DNA of 35,303 nucleotides, from positions 32,161,959 to 32,197,261 of the forward strand of contig NC_068990.1 of NCBI RefSeq assembly GCF_001194135.2, in the 5' to 3' direction. Source of the DNA: Octopus bimaculoides (Eukaryota). This document shows positions 23,134 through 33,464 of the stretch, one piece after another. The position numbers and the translations under genes were made by a program. Below the pieces are notes generated by a model that did not search any database, was not told where the DNA came from, and saw nothing but the letters and a program-made list of their open reading frames with translations. Every line of letters begins with the position of its first letter. Positions within the stretch are counted from its first letter, which is position 1.

Positions 23134-23279
23134 CTTACAAAGTAACCAAGATCATCTCATTTTCTCCACTGTTGATGGTTATTTACAACGAATTCCCTGG
23201 AAAGACAGGTCTCTTGAGTATGTTGACAAAATTAACATCCCTTCCATATCCATGTCTACAGATCTCCAACATTGCCGAG
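23134..23279 (+). CDS. RIC1: RIC1 coding exon (exon 5 equivalent): (C)LQSNQDHLIFSTVDGYLQRIPWKDRSLEYVDKINIPSISMSTDLQHCR
   Basis: tttaccag|C...G|gtgag, 146 nt, phase 2/1; like human [24 protein letters not shown]...FSVDLQSSR. Confidence 0.93.
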
Positions 23280-24044
23280 GTGAGATGGCTGCTAGGTCTA
23301 ACGCAAACTGTGAGTGTCGAATATATTAACTGGTGCCATGTTACTCTTTCTCTCATTGCTAACCTCTCACTTTTGTCACTGCTGTTAAATTCAGTTTTAT
23401 ATCCAACTCCTTTACTGAAATTCTTTGAAATATTTTCTCTTCAAGTGAATTTTTCTAATTGAGTTATTACAGTACTACGCCCTGATCAGGCTAGTCATTT
23501 GGCCTTTACCCTTTCCATCTACATTATATTCAGATTGGCACGTTACAGGATTATCGTCAGATTCATGCACATATGTATATACATGTTCTCTTATGTTCTT
23601 TTATCTATTTGTATAACTTGGTTCAAACATGATCTAAAGTTTTTTTTCATTTGTATCAAACATATATACAGCTATGCAATGAATGACTGGATCAGGGCAA
23701 TCATGTATACTACCTCATATGTGCTTGACTTCATAACTTAGAAATAGTTTTGGACAAAGCTGGTGCAGTTATACGTGTTGCTAAGATTGCTGAAATGATA
23801 AATGTGGTGTATTGCCTTAGGATATATTTATGCTTGCATTATGACAATGTACTTACCTACCTCTGCTTTAGAGATACCATCCACTTCAAGTGTGTGTATG
23901 TGTGAATACAACTACACATATGACTGTGACTTTGTATCACTTTGTGTATTCTACTGGTCTTATAATTACTAAGTGATGTGTGTGTATATATCTTGTTGGC
24001 ATGGGTTTGACAGTTTAACAGGATCTGATGGATTGAAGGGATGC

Positions 24045-24165
24045 GTATGGTTTCTATGGTTCGATGCCCTTCCTAATGTCAACCACTTTACAACATTTAC
24101 TGTGTGTTTTTTTGTTTCTTACTACCAGTATTCGTAAGGTTGTCATGTTATTTGCAAGATTACAA
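24045..24165 (-). mobile_element. RTE-type 3' UTR motif fragment
   Basis: GGTTTCTATGGTTCGATGCCCTTCCTAATGTCAACCACTTTAC is the reverse complement of the motif at about 30678-30716. Confidence 0.6.
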
Positions 24166-24209
24166 ACCCTGAGGGGAGCAGCTTTATGTCAGGAGATGAT
24201 GCATTAGAG

Positions 24210-24548
24210 CAGGGGTTTTCAAACTGTGGTCCGTGGACCACAGGGGGTCCGCAAGGAAAAGACAGGGGATCCGCAAGGAAAAGACAGGGGATCCGCAAGG
24301 AAAAGACAGGGGGTCCGTGGACAGCAAATACTTTTTATGGGCAATTTGATTTTATATGTTTTTTAATCAAAATCTTTTAATTGACAATAAACCTATTTGT
24401 TAAATACTGTTAAATAAATAAATGTAAAAATATATGTTATTTTAAGCAAATATTTATGTATAAATTTTATAAGTGTTTATAAGGGGGTCCCTAAGGTAAA
24501 GCCTGAAATATAAAGGGGTCTCCAAGTCAAAAAGTTTGAAAAACCCTG
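24210..24548. mobile_element. hAT-type MITE with an internal 3 x 22-bp tandem repeat
   Basis: TIRs CAGGGGTTTTCAAACT / AGTTTGAAAAACCCTG; perfect 8-bp TSD CATTAGAG (24202-24209, 24549-24556). Confidence 0.9.
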
Positions 24549-24969
24549 CATTAGAGTATAAGAAGGGGCTAGAGCAGAAAAGTTTTTTGCTGCAGAGGAG
24601 CTACATGGCAAGTTACATATTTAGAAGAGAGGTAAGAGTGATTAGGTGGATCTGGAAAGAGATAAAAATAGTAGTGATGAGGTATCTAGGTGGACCCTTA
24701 AGATACAAGGTGAGTTGAAAGGAGTGGGGACAGAAGAACCAAGAGTATGGGTGGATAGAGATTGCAGGATTATATGAGGAAGTGAGAGAAAGGGAATAAG
24801 AGGAGGGGAGGGAGGTGACAGCTGTAAAGATTGAGTAGAGTTGAAAGGTTAATAAGAGACGAGGGATGACCAGTGTTACATAAGTTAGGGAGGTAGGGGT
24901 GAGTAGAAAATGACTGACAGTGCAGAAAAGAAGGGGAGGAGAGCAGCGGAATAGTAATGATGATGTAGT

Positions 24970-25354
24970 TGTTGTTGGCACTCCGTCGCTTACGACGTCG
25001 AGGGTTCCAGTTGATCTGATCAACAGAACAGCCTGCTCGTGAAATTAACGTGCAAGTGGCTGAGCACTCCACAGACAGGTGTACCCTCAACGTAGTTCTC
25101 AGGGATATTCAGCGTGACACAGTGTGACAAGGCTAACCCTTTGAATTACAGGCACAACAGAAACAGGAAGTAAGAGTGAGAGAAAGTTGTGGTGGAAGAG
25201 TACAGCAGGGTTCATCACCATCCCCTGCCGGAGCCTCGTGGAGCTTTAGGTGTTTTTGCTCAATAAAGACTCACAACGCCCGGTCTGGGAATCGAAACCG
25301 CGATCCTATGACCGCGAGTCCGCTGCCCTAACCACTGGGCCATTGCACCTCCAA
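24970..25354 (-). mobile_element. Full-length tRNA-headed SINE (tail X)
   Basis: Homologous to 8943-9331; 11-bp TSD GATGATGTAGT (24959-24969, 25355-25365). Confidence 0.9.
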
Positions 25355-25640
25355 GATGATGTAGTAACCAGGGTAAAATGATATGTGGTTTGATAGATTG
25401 CAAGAGTTGGGGTGGATGGAGAGGCAGGCATAGTTCATGGAGTGAGAGACAGTATGGTGGAGGAGGAGGAGGAGAAGTAATATGGTGGTTCAGTGGAGTG
25501 GTGGTGGAGATCAGGGTAAAGTGGAGAGTGTGTGTGTGCAGAGAACAGCATTAATGGATAAAGGATGGATAACAAGTGAAATGGTTCTGAGTTGCATGAA
25601 ATAGATGGTACCAAGGAAGATCTGTGGTTAGAGAGATGAT

Positions 25641-25880
25641 GGGTAGTGGACACGAAACCAAACTGCATCTCATCTAGGTGAACTCTCATGAATCAATTGT
25701 GCTGTGACTCTTCCTGTAACCTCATAACCTGTTCCAGTTGTTTGATTTCCCTAAAACTTCTTCCTTCTAAGGCATCTCCTTTTCTTTGGTAGCAGTTAAT
25801 GGTGATACTACTACACCAGTCATTGGGTATGACTTTTGCTTGTATAACTTAACTATCCAGATGGTAACCATGCATCCTAC
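25641..25880 (-). mobile_element. RTE-clade LINE reverse transcriptase fragment
   Basis: Minus strand reads VIPNDWCSSITINCYQRKGDALEGRSFREIK.LEQVM...RVHLDEMQFGFV, the RT N-terminal IP.DW...KGKGD...YRGI.L...QFGF block. Confidence 0.8.
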
Positions 25881-26001
25881 CTCATACACACATACACAGT
25901 CATTTAGAGAAATAGTTTGATGAAATTTCATCAAACAATTTCTCTGTCATTTGTGACTTTATACACTCCTTATTGTTTTCTCTTGTATTGTATTATATAT
26001 T

Positions 26002-26314
26002 GTATCTTCTACTATAACCTCAGGCTGACCAAAGTCTTGTGAGTAGATTTGGTAGACGGAAACTGAAAGAAACCTATTGTGTGTATATATATGTGTGTGT
26101 GTTTGTTCCCCACCACCACTTGACTACTGGTATTGGTGTGTTTACATCCCTGTAGATTAGCAGTTCGACAAAAGAGACTGATAGAATAATTACCAGGCTT
26201 AAACAGAATAAGCCCTGAGATTGATTTGTTCAACTGAAAAAACCCTTCAAGGTGGTGTCCTGGCATGGCTGCAGTCTAATGACTGGAACAAGCTAAAGAT
26301 AAAAGTAAAAGATA
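26002..26314 (+). mobile_element. 5'-truncated SINE (family of 21633-22020)
   Basis: GATTTGGTAGACGGAAACTGAAAG...GTGTTTACATCCCTGTA...GCATGGCTGCAGTC..ATGACT..AACAAG..AAAGATAAAAG. Confidence 0.85.
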
Positions 26315-26829
26315 CCCCAACATTGTCTGTGTTGAGGCGGCATAATTTTTTTCTGACTATATAAACTGATGTTATAAATGAAACTGATCAAAAATAGCAA
26401 GTTGCTAACAACATTATATGATTGGATGTTGACCAAGTGATGTCTTATTAGATATTTATATATCTTTGTAGAATTCTATCTTATATGCACACATGCATAC
26501 ACACACACAAACACACACACACACACACACACACACCTATGACATATTCATACTGGTTATATGCCAGTGTGAGAAATCAATATGTACATATATATGGCTC
26601 ATTATTGTGAAGAATTCTCTCTCTTCTCCAAAACTGTTAGGCACCAATTGAGTTTATAATAATACTTTTCACTTCTCCAAAGTAATAAATTATCTTTGTT
26701 GTTATAATATAATCCTCAGATATTTTAGCATGAGTCACAATCACAACTGTTACAATGTTATTCTAACATATTCTAACAACTCTAACCAATATTATTCTAA
26801 CATAAATATTGCAATATTCCCCTTGGAAG

Positions 26830-27043
26830 GTGGTGAGCTGACAGAAATGTTAGCATGCCAGGCGAAATGCTTTAGCAGTATTTCTTCTGTCTTTATGTTC
26901 TGAGTTCAAATTCTGCTGAGGTTGACTTTGCCTTTCATCCTTTCGGAGTCGATAAATTAAGTACCAGTTGCGTACTGGGGTTGATCTAATCAGTTGCCCC
27001 CCCTCCCCCCAAATTTCAGGCTTTGTGCCTCTGTTGAAAAGAA
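26830..27043 (+). mobile_element. MetaSINE-like SINE
   Basis: Core GTTGACTTTGCCTTTCATCCTTTCGGAGTCGATAAATTAAGTACCAG; 14-bp TSD ATTCCCCTTGGAAG (26816-26829, 27044-27057). Confidence 0.88.
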
Positions 27044-27254
27044 ATTCCCCTTGGAAGATTATTTAAAGAGTAGTGGATTTAATAAATCATTTGGTTTAAT
27101 GCAAGACTTTTAGGTCTTTTAGTAAAGTCAACTCTGTTGCAAACATTCAGAGCAGGTCTTTGGCCTAACTCCTTCCATCTCTCCCTCCCTTCCAATCATT
27201 GCATAAAGGTCTCATGAGTGCTGCCCTTCTTCTTCTGAAAGATACTAAAAGGTT

Positions 27255-28084
27255 TACTGCGTGATTGATTAGGAAGAGAATCAGCCTAGACAAAACAGAG
27301 TTTGGATTTATTCAGGATGGGGGGGGCCACTGATGCTGTCTTACTAATTAGACAACCGTAAGAGAAATTATTAGCTAGGAGTAAACTACTGTATCAAGCT
27401 TTTGTCAATCTGAAGAAGGCTTTTGATAGGCTACATTGAATGGATTGTATGAGTTAGTAAGCTATGTACAGACTGCTATCAGCAAAGGAAGAATTAATGA
27501 GTTAAGTGAGGAATTTTACATGCAGGTTAGTGTATAAGAGGGCTCAGTTCTCAGCTGCCTCCTGTATATCATTGTTCTCTAAGCCATAATAGAAGTTTAA
27601 GACCAGTCTGTGGGAACACTTGTAAGCTGATGACCTAGTTCTCATTGACGAATCAGTCAAAGGTTCAGAAAAGAAATTCCAAACTTGGAAGCGAAATCTA
27701 GAATCAAGAGGCCTCAAAGCAAACCTGGCAAAGATTAAAGTTTTAGTAAGTGGGGAAAGAAGACAATTCTGTCATTGGGAAAGTAGCCATACATGGAATA
27801 GGTGGGAATTCCAAAAGGTGCACCCATTGTAAACTATAGGTGCATAAACGATGTAGTGGGATAACAGAGAGGCTGATGGGAAAAGTAGACTTCATAGATT
27901 AACAGGATTAGCTAATTGTAAGAAAATGTGCAGGATAAATCCTTCCAAATGCTTGCCAAATTCTGTAGAAGTAGTTAATAACTTGTTTGCTTTGTAATCT
28001 AGTTTGCAGTGGACGTAGATGTTCTAAAAACAGTTGCCAGAGTAAGAATGGAATGGAAAAAGTTCAGAAAGCTGTTGATTCCAG
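27255..28084 (+). mobile_element. Degenerate RTE-clade LINE ORF (RT core, Cys/His insert, C-terminal part)
   Basis: With stops and frameshifts: FGF...TDAVLLIRQ.*EK...AFVNLKKAFDR...EGSVLS.LLYIIV...(Y)ADDLVL...WKRNLESRGLK.NLAK.KV...RCTHCKL*VHKRCSGI...ARVRMEWKKFRKLL. Confidence 0.85.
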
Positions 28085-30256
28085 TATATCTAATACTTAC
28101 TTCATCTAACCTGAAGCAATGAAAAGCAAAATAAACCTACAAAGATTAGAACTCTGAATATAGAGTGATGGTTATACTTTCTGAAAACCATTTTTGAGAT
28201 GTTACTTTTTTGTCTGTGCACTGAGCAGCAAAGTCCTCCCTATTGCAAACTCATCTCAGACCAGTTTCACACTGAGCCAACCATCTACTTATTTAGTCCA
28301 CTGAGAACAGCACCAACAATAATAAAACAACATCAGTTGTAATAACAATAAAAGTTACTAGCATAAAAATAATAAAAGATTACAGGTACACCTCTGTATG
28401 GGTGTATGTTATGGGAACATTGTGATCCTGAAAATTTTGCCATGACATGGAATTCTGTAATGTAAAACCAAGTTTTCCATTAATTTTCATGATACATGGG
28501 AGTTAATAAACATGGAAGTCATCGGAAAAATGTTTTATGGTATAGAATTCCACAATTTGGCAATATTTTTGAGAATGTAAGGTTTCTCATATGAGATATG
28601 CTTGGACTTTCTGTTTGGTGTGAACCTTTTTGTAAACAGGAGTGTTTTGGTTGATTGATTGAATTTTAGTATATTACTGGAGTTTTGGTTTTATATTGAA
28701 ACTAATTCCTAAAACATTTTAATCTGTAAACGTTGTCAAAAGTACTTTTAAATGTACATAATAGCAAACACTTTTTACTGTTGACTTGAGATGATACTAT
28801 ATCATCTTATCACCAAATTACTTTTAGAACAAACTTCTAATTTTCTTAAGTTTTGACAGACATTCTCTAGAACAATACTCTGTGCAAAACCAAAAATATG
28901 GCACTCTAGTCATACTACCAACTCAAACTTCTAACTTGTTGTCTCTTGAGGTCTCTGGGTGAGACTTGGAGTCAAATTGTACAAATGCAATTTGTACAAT
29001 TTGATAATAATAAACAATATAGCTCATATTCTATATATGATCTTGTCCTTGTAACCTATATTCTGAAAACCTTTGGTGTTTTTTTTTTAAACCCTATAGG
29101 ACTAAAAACTGTGTTGAACAATAACATCACAATGCCTGCCCTCAGTGACTATAATAATGATAATGAGTGTAAATCTAAAGAATTTAGGTTTTTTTTTTTT
29201 GCATTTAGTGAGAGAATATTTAGTTTGTAATCTGCTAATGGTAGAAAATATATTTGGAATATAAAGAAAAAAAAATGATATGCAAGCAAAAGAAAAAAAC
29301 AAATGATTGTCTATTGAAAAACTAACAAGTGAAACCAAAAACAACTTGGTACTAATATTGTAAAATAAGCCACTTGTACTGTAGTTGCTTTCGTAGTTTT
29401 AGTCTGGTGGGGATTAAGCATGTAGCTTAAGTATCAACTGTGAACTTTGCTTTTATGGTCTGTTGTTATCTTATGATCTGTGTGTATGTATAAGTGTTTA
29501 TCTCCGTTTCTCTTTCATGACCTCTTCTAAATTGTCACATTGAATTTACTGTTTGTTGTTCATTCATTAGACTAGATTAGTTCATTCATTTATTTATTCA
29601 CTACTTGTATTTTGCCATTTTGCATCAATTATTCCTTGATTCTTAAATAAAACAATTATCTCAAATGTCACATGTTTTTTTCCACCGCACAAATATTTAC
29701 ACCTCTTTCATTTATTGTTTCTTCCCCTCAAATACTCTTAATTATATCCTATTAGTTTTGGTTCTTTGTGTGTATTGTATACATCCTGCCCTCTCTCTCT
29801 CTATCACACACACACGCACACTGATCAATACTAAATATATACGTGTAAACAATTTGAGTTGGAAAAACACCAGCAAGACCACAGATGGAGATCAAGTTTC
29901 CAATATTGTAAACAGACATCTGCATTTTAATTTAGGAGTAGAAAGTTGCAGGTTGTACATACAATTCCTCAGTTTACACAGCATTATGTTTGTACAGTTT
30001 CATTTCAGCTCTAAGAGAGAACAAGAAATAATTCTTTTTGGGAATGTGTGTGTGTGTGTGTTAGCTGAGCTGTTTGGAGATCTGCATTTAACTGTTAGAA
30101 GTAAACTTTTTTGTAAATAGGTGAAATAACATGCAGGCTGTAGATTGAAGATCAGTGATTTAATATTTCAAAAATACACACTATGAATATGAACATCATA
30201 TTTGTAATGTCAGATAGATTGATATACGTAGCTTGTGTGTGAGAGAAATTGAATGA

Positions 30257-30840
30257 CAGGAAGACCTGGGCTGAGGTGGTGAGGCAAGACCTTCGTAGGT
30301 AGGCCCAGGAAGACCTGGGCTGAGGTGGTGAGGCAAGACCTTCGTACATTGGGCCTCACCAAGGCGATGACTACTGACTGAGACCTTTGGAAATGTGCTG
30401 TGCGTGAGAAGACCCGGCAAGCCAAGTAAGATCGTTGCCAGTGCCCCTGGACTGGCTCTTGTGCGGGTGGCACATAAGATGCACCATTTTGAGCGTGGCC
30501 GTTGCCAGTACCGCCTGACTGGCTTCCGTAGGATTTTCGAGCGAGATCGTTGCCAGTGCCCCTGGACTGGCTTGTGCGGGTGGCACATAAAAGACACCAT
30601 TTTGAGCGTGGCCGTTGCCAGTATCGCCTGACTGGCCTTTGTGCAGGTAACACGTAAAAGCACCTACTACACTCTCTGAGTGGTTGACGTTAGGAAGGGC
30701 ATCCAGCTGTAGAAACTCTGCCAAATTTAGATTGGAGCCTGGTGTTGCCATCCGGTTTCACCAGTCCTCAGTCAAGTCGTCCAACCCATGCTAGCATGGA
30801 AAGTGGACGTTAAACGATGATGATGATGATGATGATGATG
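30257..30840 (+). mobile_element. 5'-truncated RTE-type LINE: ORF C-terminus, structured 3' UTR and (GAT)n tail
   Basis: Reads (G)RPRKTWAEVVRQDLRTLGLTKAMTTD*DLWKCAVREKTRQAK*, the RTE GRP..TW...V..DL...D...W end; UTR with a 115-bp tandem duplication and GTTAGGAAGGGCATCC motif. Confidence 0.85.
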
Positions 30841-31547
30841 TGTGCACATATGGTCTACAAGATTATTGGGTAATAGAGACAAGGCAGGTAACTAGATATT
30901 AATACGTATATTAATTATATGTTTATAGTATGTTTATAGCATTACACTTTTAATTGCAGCTACCTGTTTACTATAAAACTCTTTTTAATTCTATTGTGTA
31001 TATAACTTAATTTTTTCTTCATATTTCAGATATTCAATTTTAAATTAAATTGAATTCATATGCCATTTATATAATTTTTCTTTCTCATTTTTTCTACATT
31101 TTATGTCTATGTCATCTCAGGTACATCATCCATATCCTAAACACTTTAGAACCACCACTACTTTTATATCTTCCCCTTGAGTAAAACATTCTATAGAAAT
31201 CTATGTATATGTAAACCTATTTGGATGATTACTTTGACTTAAATCACAAATTAATGAGAATATTGTAATTTCAGGTCTCTTTAAAGCTTTTCTTTAGCCC
31301 TAGTATACATGTTGCTTACACTCTTAATCTGCACCAAATAACTATGTTTACATGCATATTTATATGTGACATTCAGACACTTATGTGGATGAAATACTGA
31401 GCTATCTGTTCTTTTGCTAGAATACTAGCTTTCACCCTCTTAATTTCATTCCTTTAATTCCACATTGTTTCTTTCATATTCAACACTACCCAATTACCCT
31501 TCTAATCTGATTCCAATACCTTAATTACGATTTGATTTCTGTTGCAG

Positions 31548-31660
31548 CTTCCCGTTCCACAGACCGAGACAGCTATGTGACACAGTTTGATTACAGCCCC
31601 TTTCTAAGAGGTTACAGCCTGGTGCTAAACACAGGGAAAGCAGCATTTGCTTTTGATAAT
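31548..31660 (+). CDS. RIC1: RIC1 coding exon (exon 6 equivalent): (A)SRSTDRDSYVTQFDYSPFLRGYSLVLNTGKAAFAFDN
   Basis: gttgcag|CT...AAT|gtaagt, 113 nt, phase 1/0; like human [25 protein letters not shown]. Confidence 0.92.
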
Positions 31661-31830
31661 GTAAGTGAAGGCATGAATGAACTAAGAGACATGAACAATA
31701 ATTACAGAGGCGGGAGTGATATTTTTGTGTGATGGGTGGGTACCTCAGTATGAAAGTAGTTCTGAGTCAGTGCTTAGATGTAAAAATAATAATATTGTGT
31801 ATAATGCTCAGGTTCACTATAACTCATCAC

Positions 31831-31907
31831 CTATAGGTTATAGGTGCACTATAAGTGCACCTATAACCTATAGTTATAGGTACACTATAACTATGTACAG
31901 TACATAG
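31831..31907. repeat. Cluster of three perfect palindromes (20-bp, 10-bp and 8-bp arms)
   Basis: 31831-31850 is the exact reverse complement of 31854-31873; 31870-31879 of 31885-31894; 31891-31898 of 31900-31907. Confidence 0.95.
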
Positions 31908-31924
31908 AATTATGTACAAGAGTC

Positions 31925-32345
31925 AGGAAAGTGAACAGTGAATGAGTTCTGATATACATGTGTGCATGCATATGGAGTGGGGCATATCAGGTGTAGTGTT
32001 GGCGAATTTCAGGAAGCATGGAGGTTTTAAAAGATGCAATGTTTCAGCAACTAACAACTGATGCTGGTAGTTTGTTCCATGCTTCTGCAACTCTGAGTGT
32101 GAAAAAATGTTTCCGAAAGTCATGGGAGCGGTGCTGTTTTCTGACTTTGTAGGCATACTCATGTGTGTTAGACACACGGAGCTGAAAAAGGTGCTCAAGG
32201 TGGTTGTTGGAATGATTGTTAATAATTTTGTGGGTGTTTACCAAGTCAGATGCTGGAGCTTCAATGTATCTATGCCCAATGTATCTATTCTGTCAGTACT
32301 TTGGTGTAATAGCAGTTCTTCATCAGTACTTTGGTATGATAGTAG
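31925..32345 (-). mobile_element. CR1-group LINE 3' end (ORF2 C-terminus and 3' UTR)
   Basis: Minus strand reads DLVNTHKIINN...HLFQLRVSNTHEYAYKVRKQHRSHDFRKHFFTLRVAEAWNKLPASVV, the CR1/L2 R..FFS.RV...WN.LP..VV motif. Confidence 0.85.
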
Positions 32346-33378
32346 TTATCAGGAAACATAATTAATGATTGCTTTCATCTACATGAATAATATCTTTTAG
32401 GAAATGCAGGAGTATTATAATTTCCAAATTGTGACACCCATGCCTAAATTTCCCTGTTTTCTAAAATTGCTTGAGTGAATTCTTTAAAACACAATGGAGA
32501 AGGTACTATATATATGATATCTGTGTTGCTAATAGTAAATACAGAAGTTGAGTAAGACCCTTATGTATTTGATCGCAAGCCTCATTGAACCAACTCTGAC
32601 TGGTTTATGATTCCCATTTGGATTTTTTTGTCATGTAGATTACTGGTACCTGTCAGAAAAGAATTGGTATTAAAATTCCTCTTTTCCTTACGTCTGCCAT
32701 TCTGAAATATAAATCTATATTTAGGTAAAGCATTTGGTGGAAAAGCTAGCCAATTGGAAAACATTCTTATCTAATTTGGTGTGTCACTGTTTTTGTATGT
32801 ATTCTAGGTTGTCAGTGCTACTTATTCCTCAAATTAAAACCAATTCTTTCCTGAAATGGAATTAACATAGTTCTACTTCTTATTTTTAGGTTTTCAAATT
32901 ATAAGTGAATGATAAACAAATCTTCCTCTAGCTAGAACACTTTTCTATTACAGGAAGCATTTCCTGCAAAAGAGTTTGAACTTAGTACTCTAAGTTATTG
33001 AAATATTTCAAAATTCCAAAGTACTGCTATGGCTTACAACAGTGAATTTTATTAACCTGTGGTCCCTACTTTCAGCTGTGCTATTGACAGTTATTTTAGC
33101 TGTGTTAACAACTGTTGATGACTATATGTACTACTACTTCTTGGCTGGTTGTCCAGTATCCTATTGGTTTGACCATTTCTATTTTCCATTTCTATCAGAT
33201 GGATCGCATAGTTACCAGTAAGGACACACGGTAGTGGTATGAATAATGATGCATAGTAGTAATGAGTAATCATTTGCAATTCTACCTCTGTCTTTTATAT
33301 TTTACACGTTACCTGTATATGTCTAATTATTATCATTAATGTATGAATTACCAATTTTTTTTTTTATATACTTATCAG

Positions 33379-33464
33379 CGAGGAATCTTAGCCAAAGAAT
33401 TAACAGATGCTGTTTGTGTTGCTATCAATCATCGTTATCAATTAATTGCATATGGATGCTATAG
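33379..33464 (+). CDS. RIC1: RIC1 coding exon (exon 7 equivalent): RGILAKELTDAVCVAINHRYQLIAYGCY; gene continues beyond the window
   Basis: cttatcag|CGA...AG|gtaagt, 86 nt, phase 0/2; like human [27 protein letters not shown]. Confidence 0.93.

Noticed and set aside
24241-24316. Regular short repeats here and at 30429-30636 as possible CRISPR arrays
   Set aside because: No unique spacers, no cas genes, eukaryotic intron; both lie inside transposons.
30196-30751. 126-155 aa ORFs with internal repeats
   Set aside because: Antisense read-through of the GC-richer RTE 3' end and its tandem duplication.
3251-32345. Apparent antisense bias of retroelements relative to RIC1
   Set aside because: About 15 minus versus 10 plus by my count, too weak to call.
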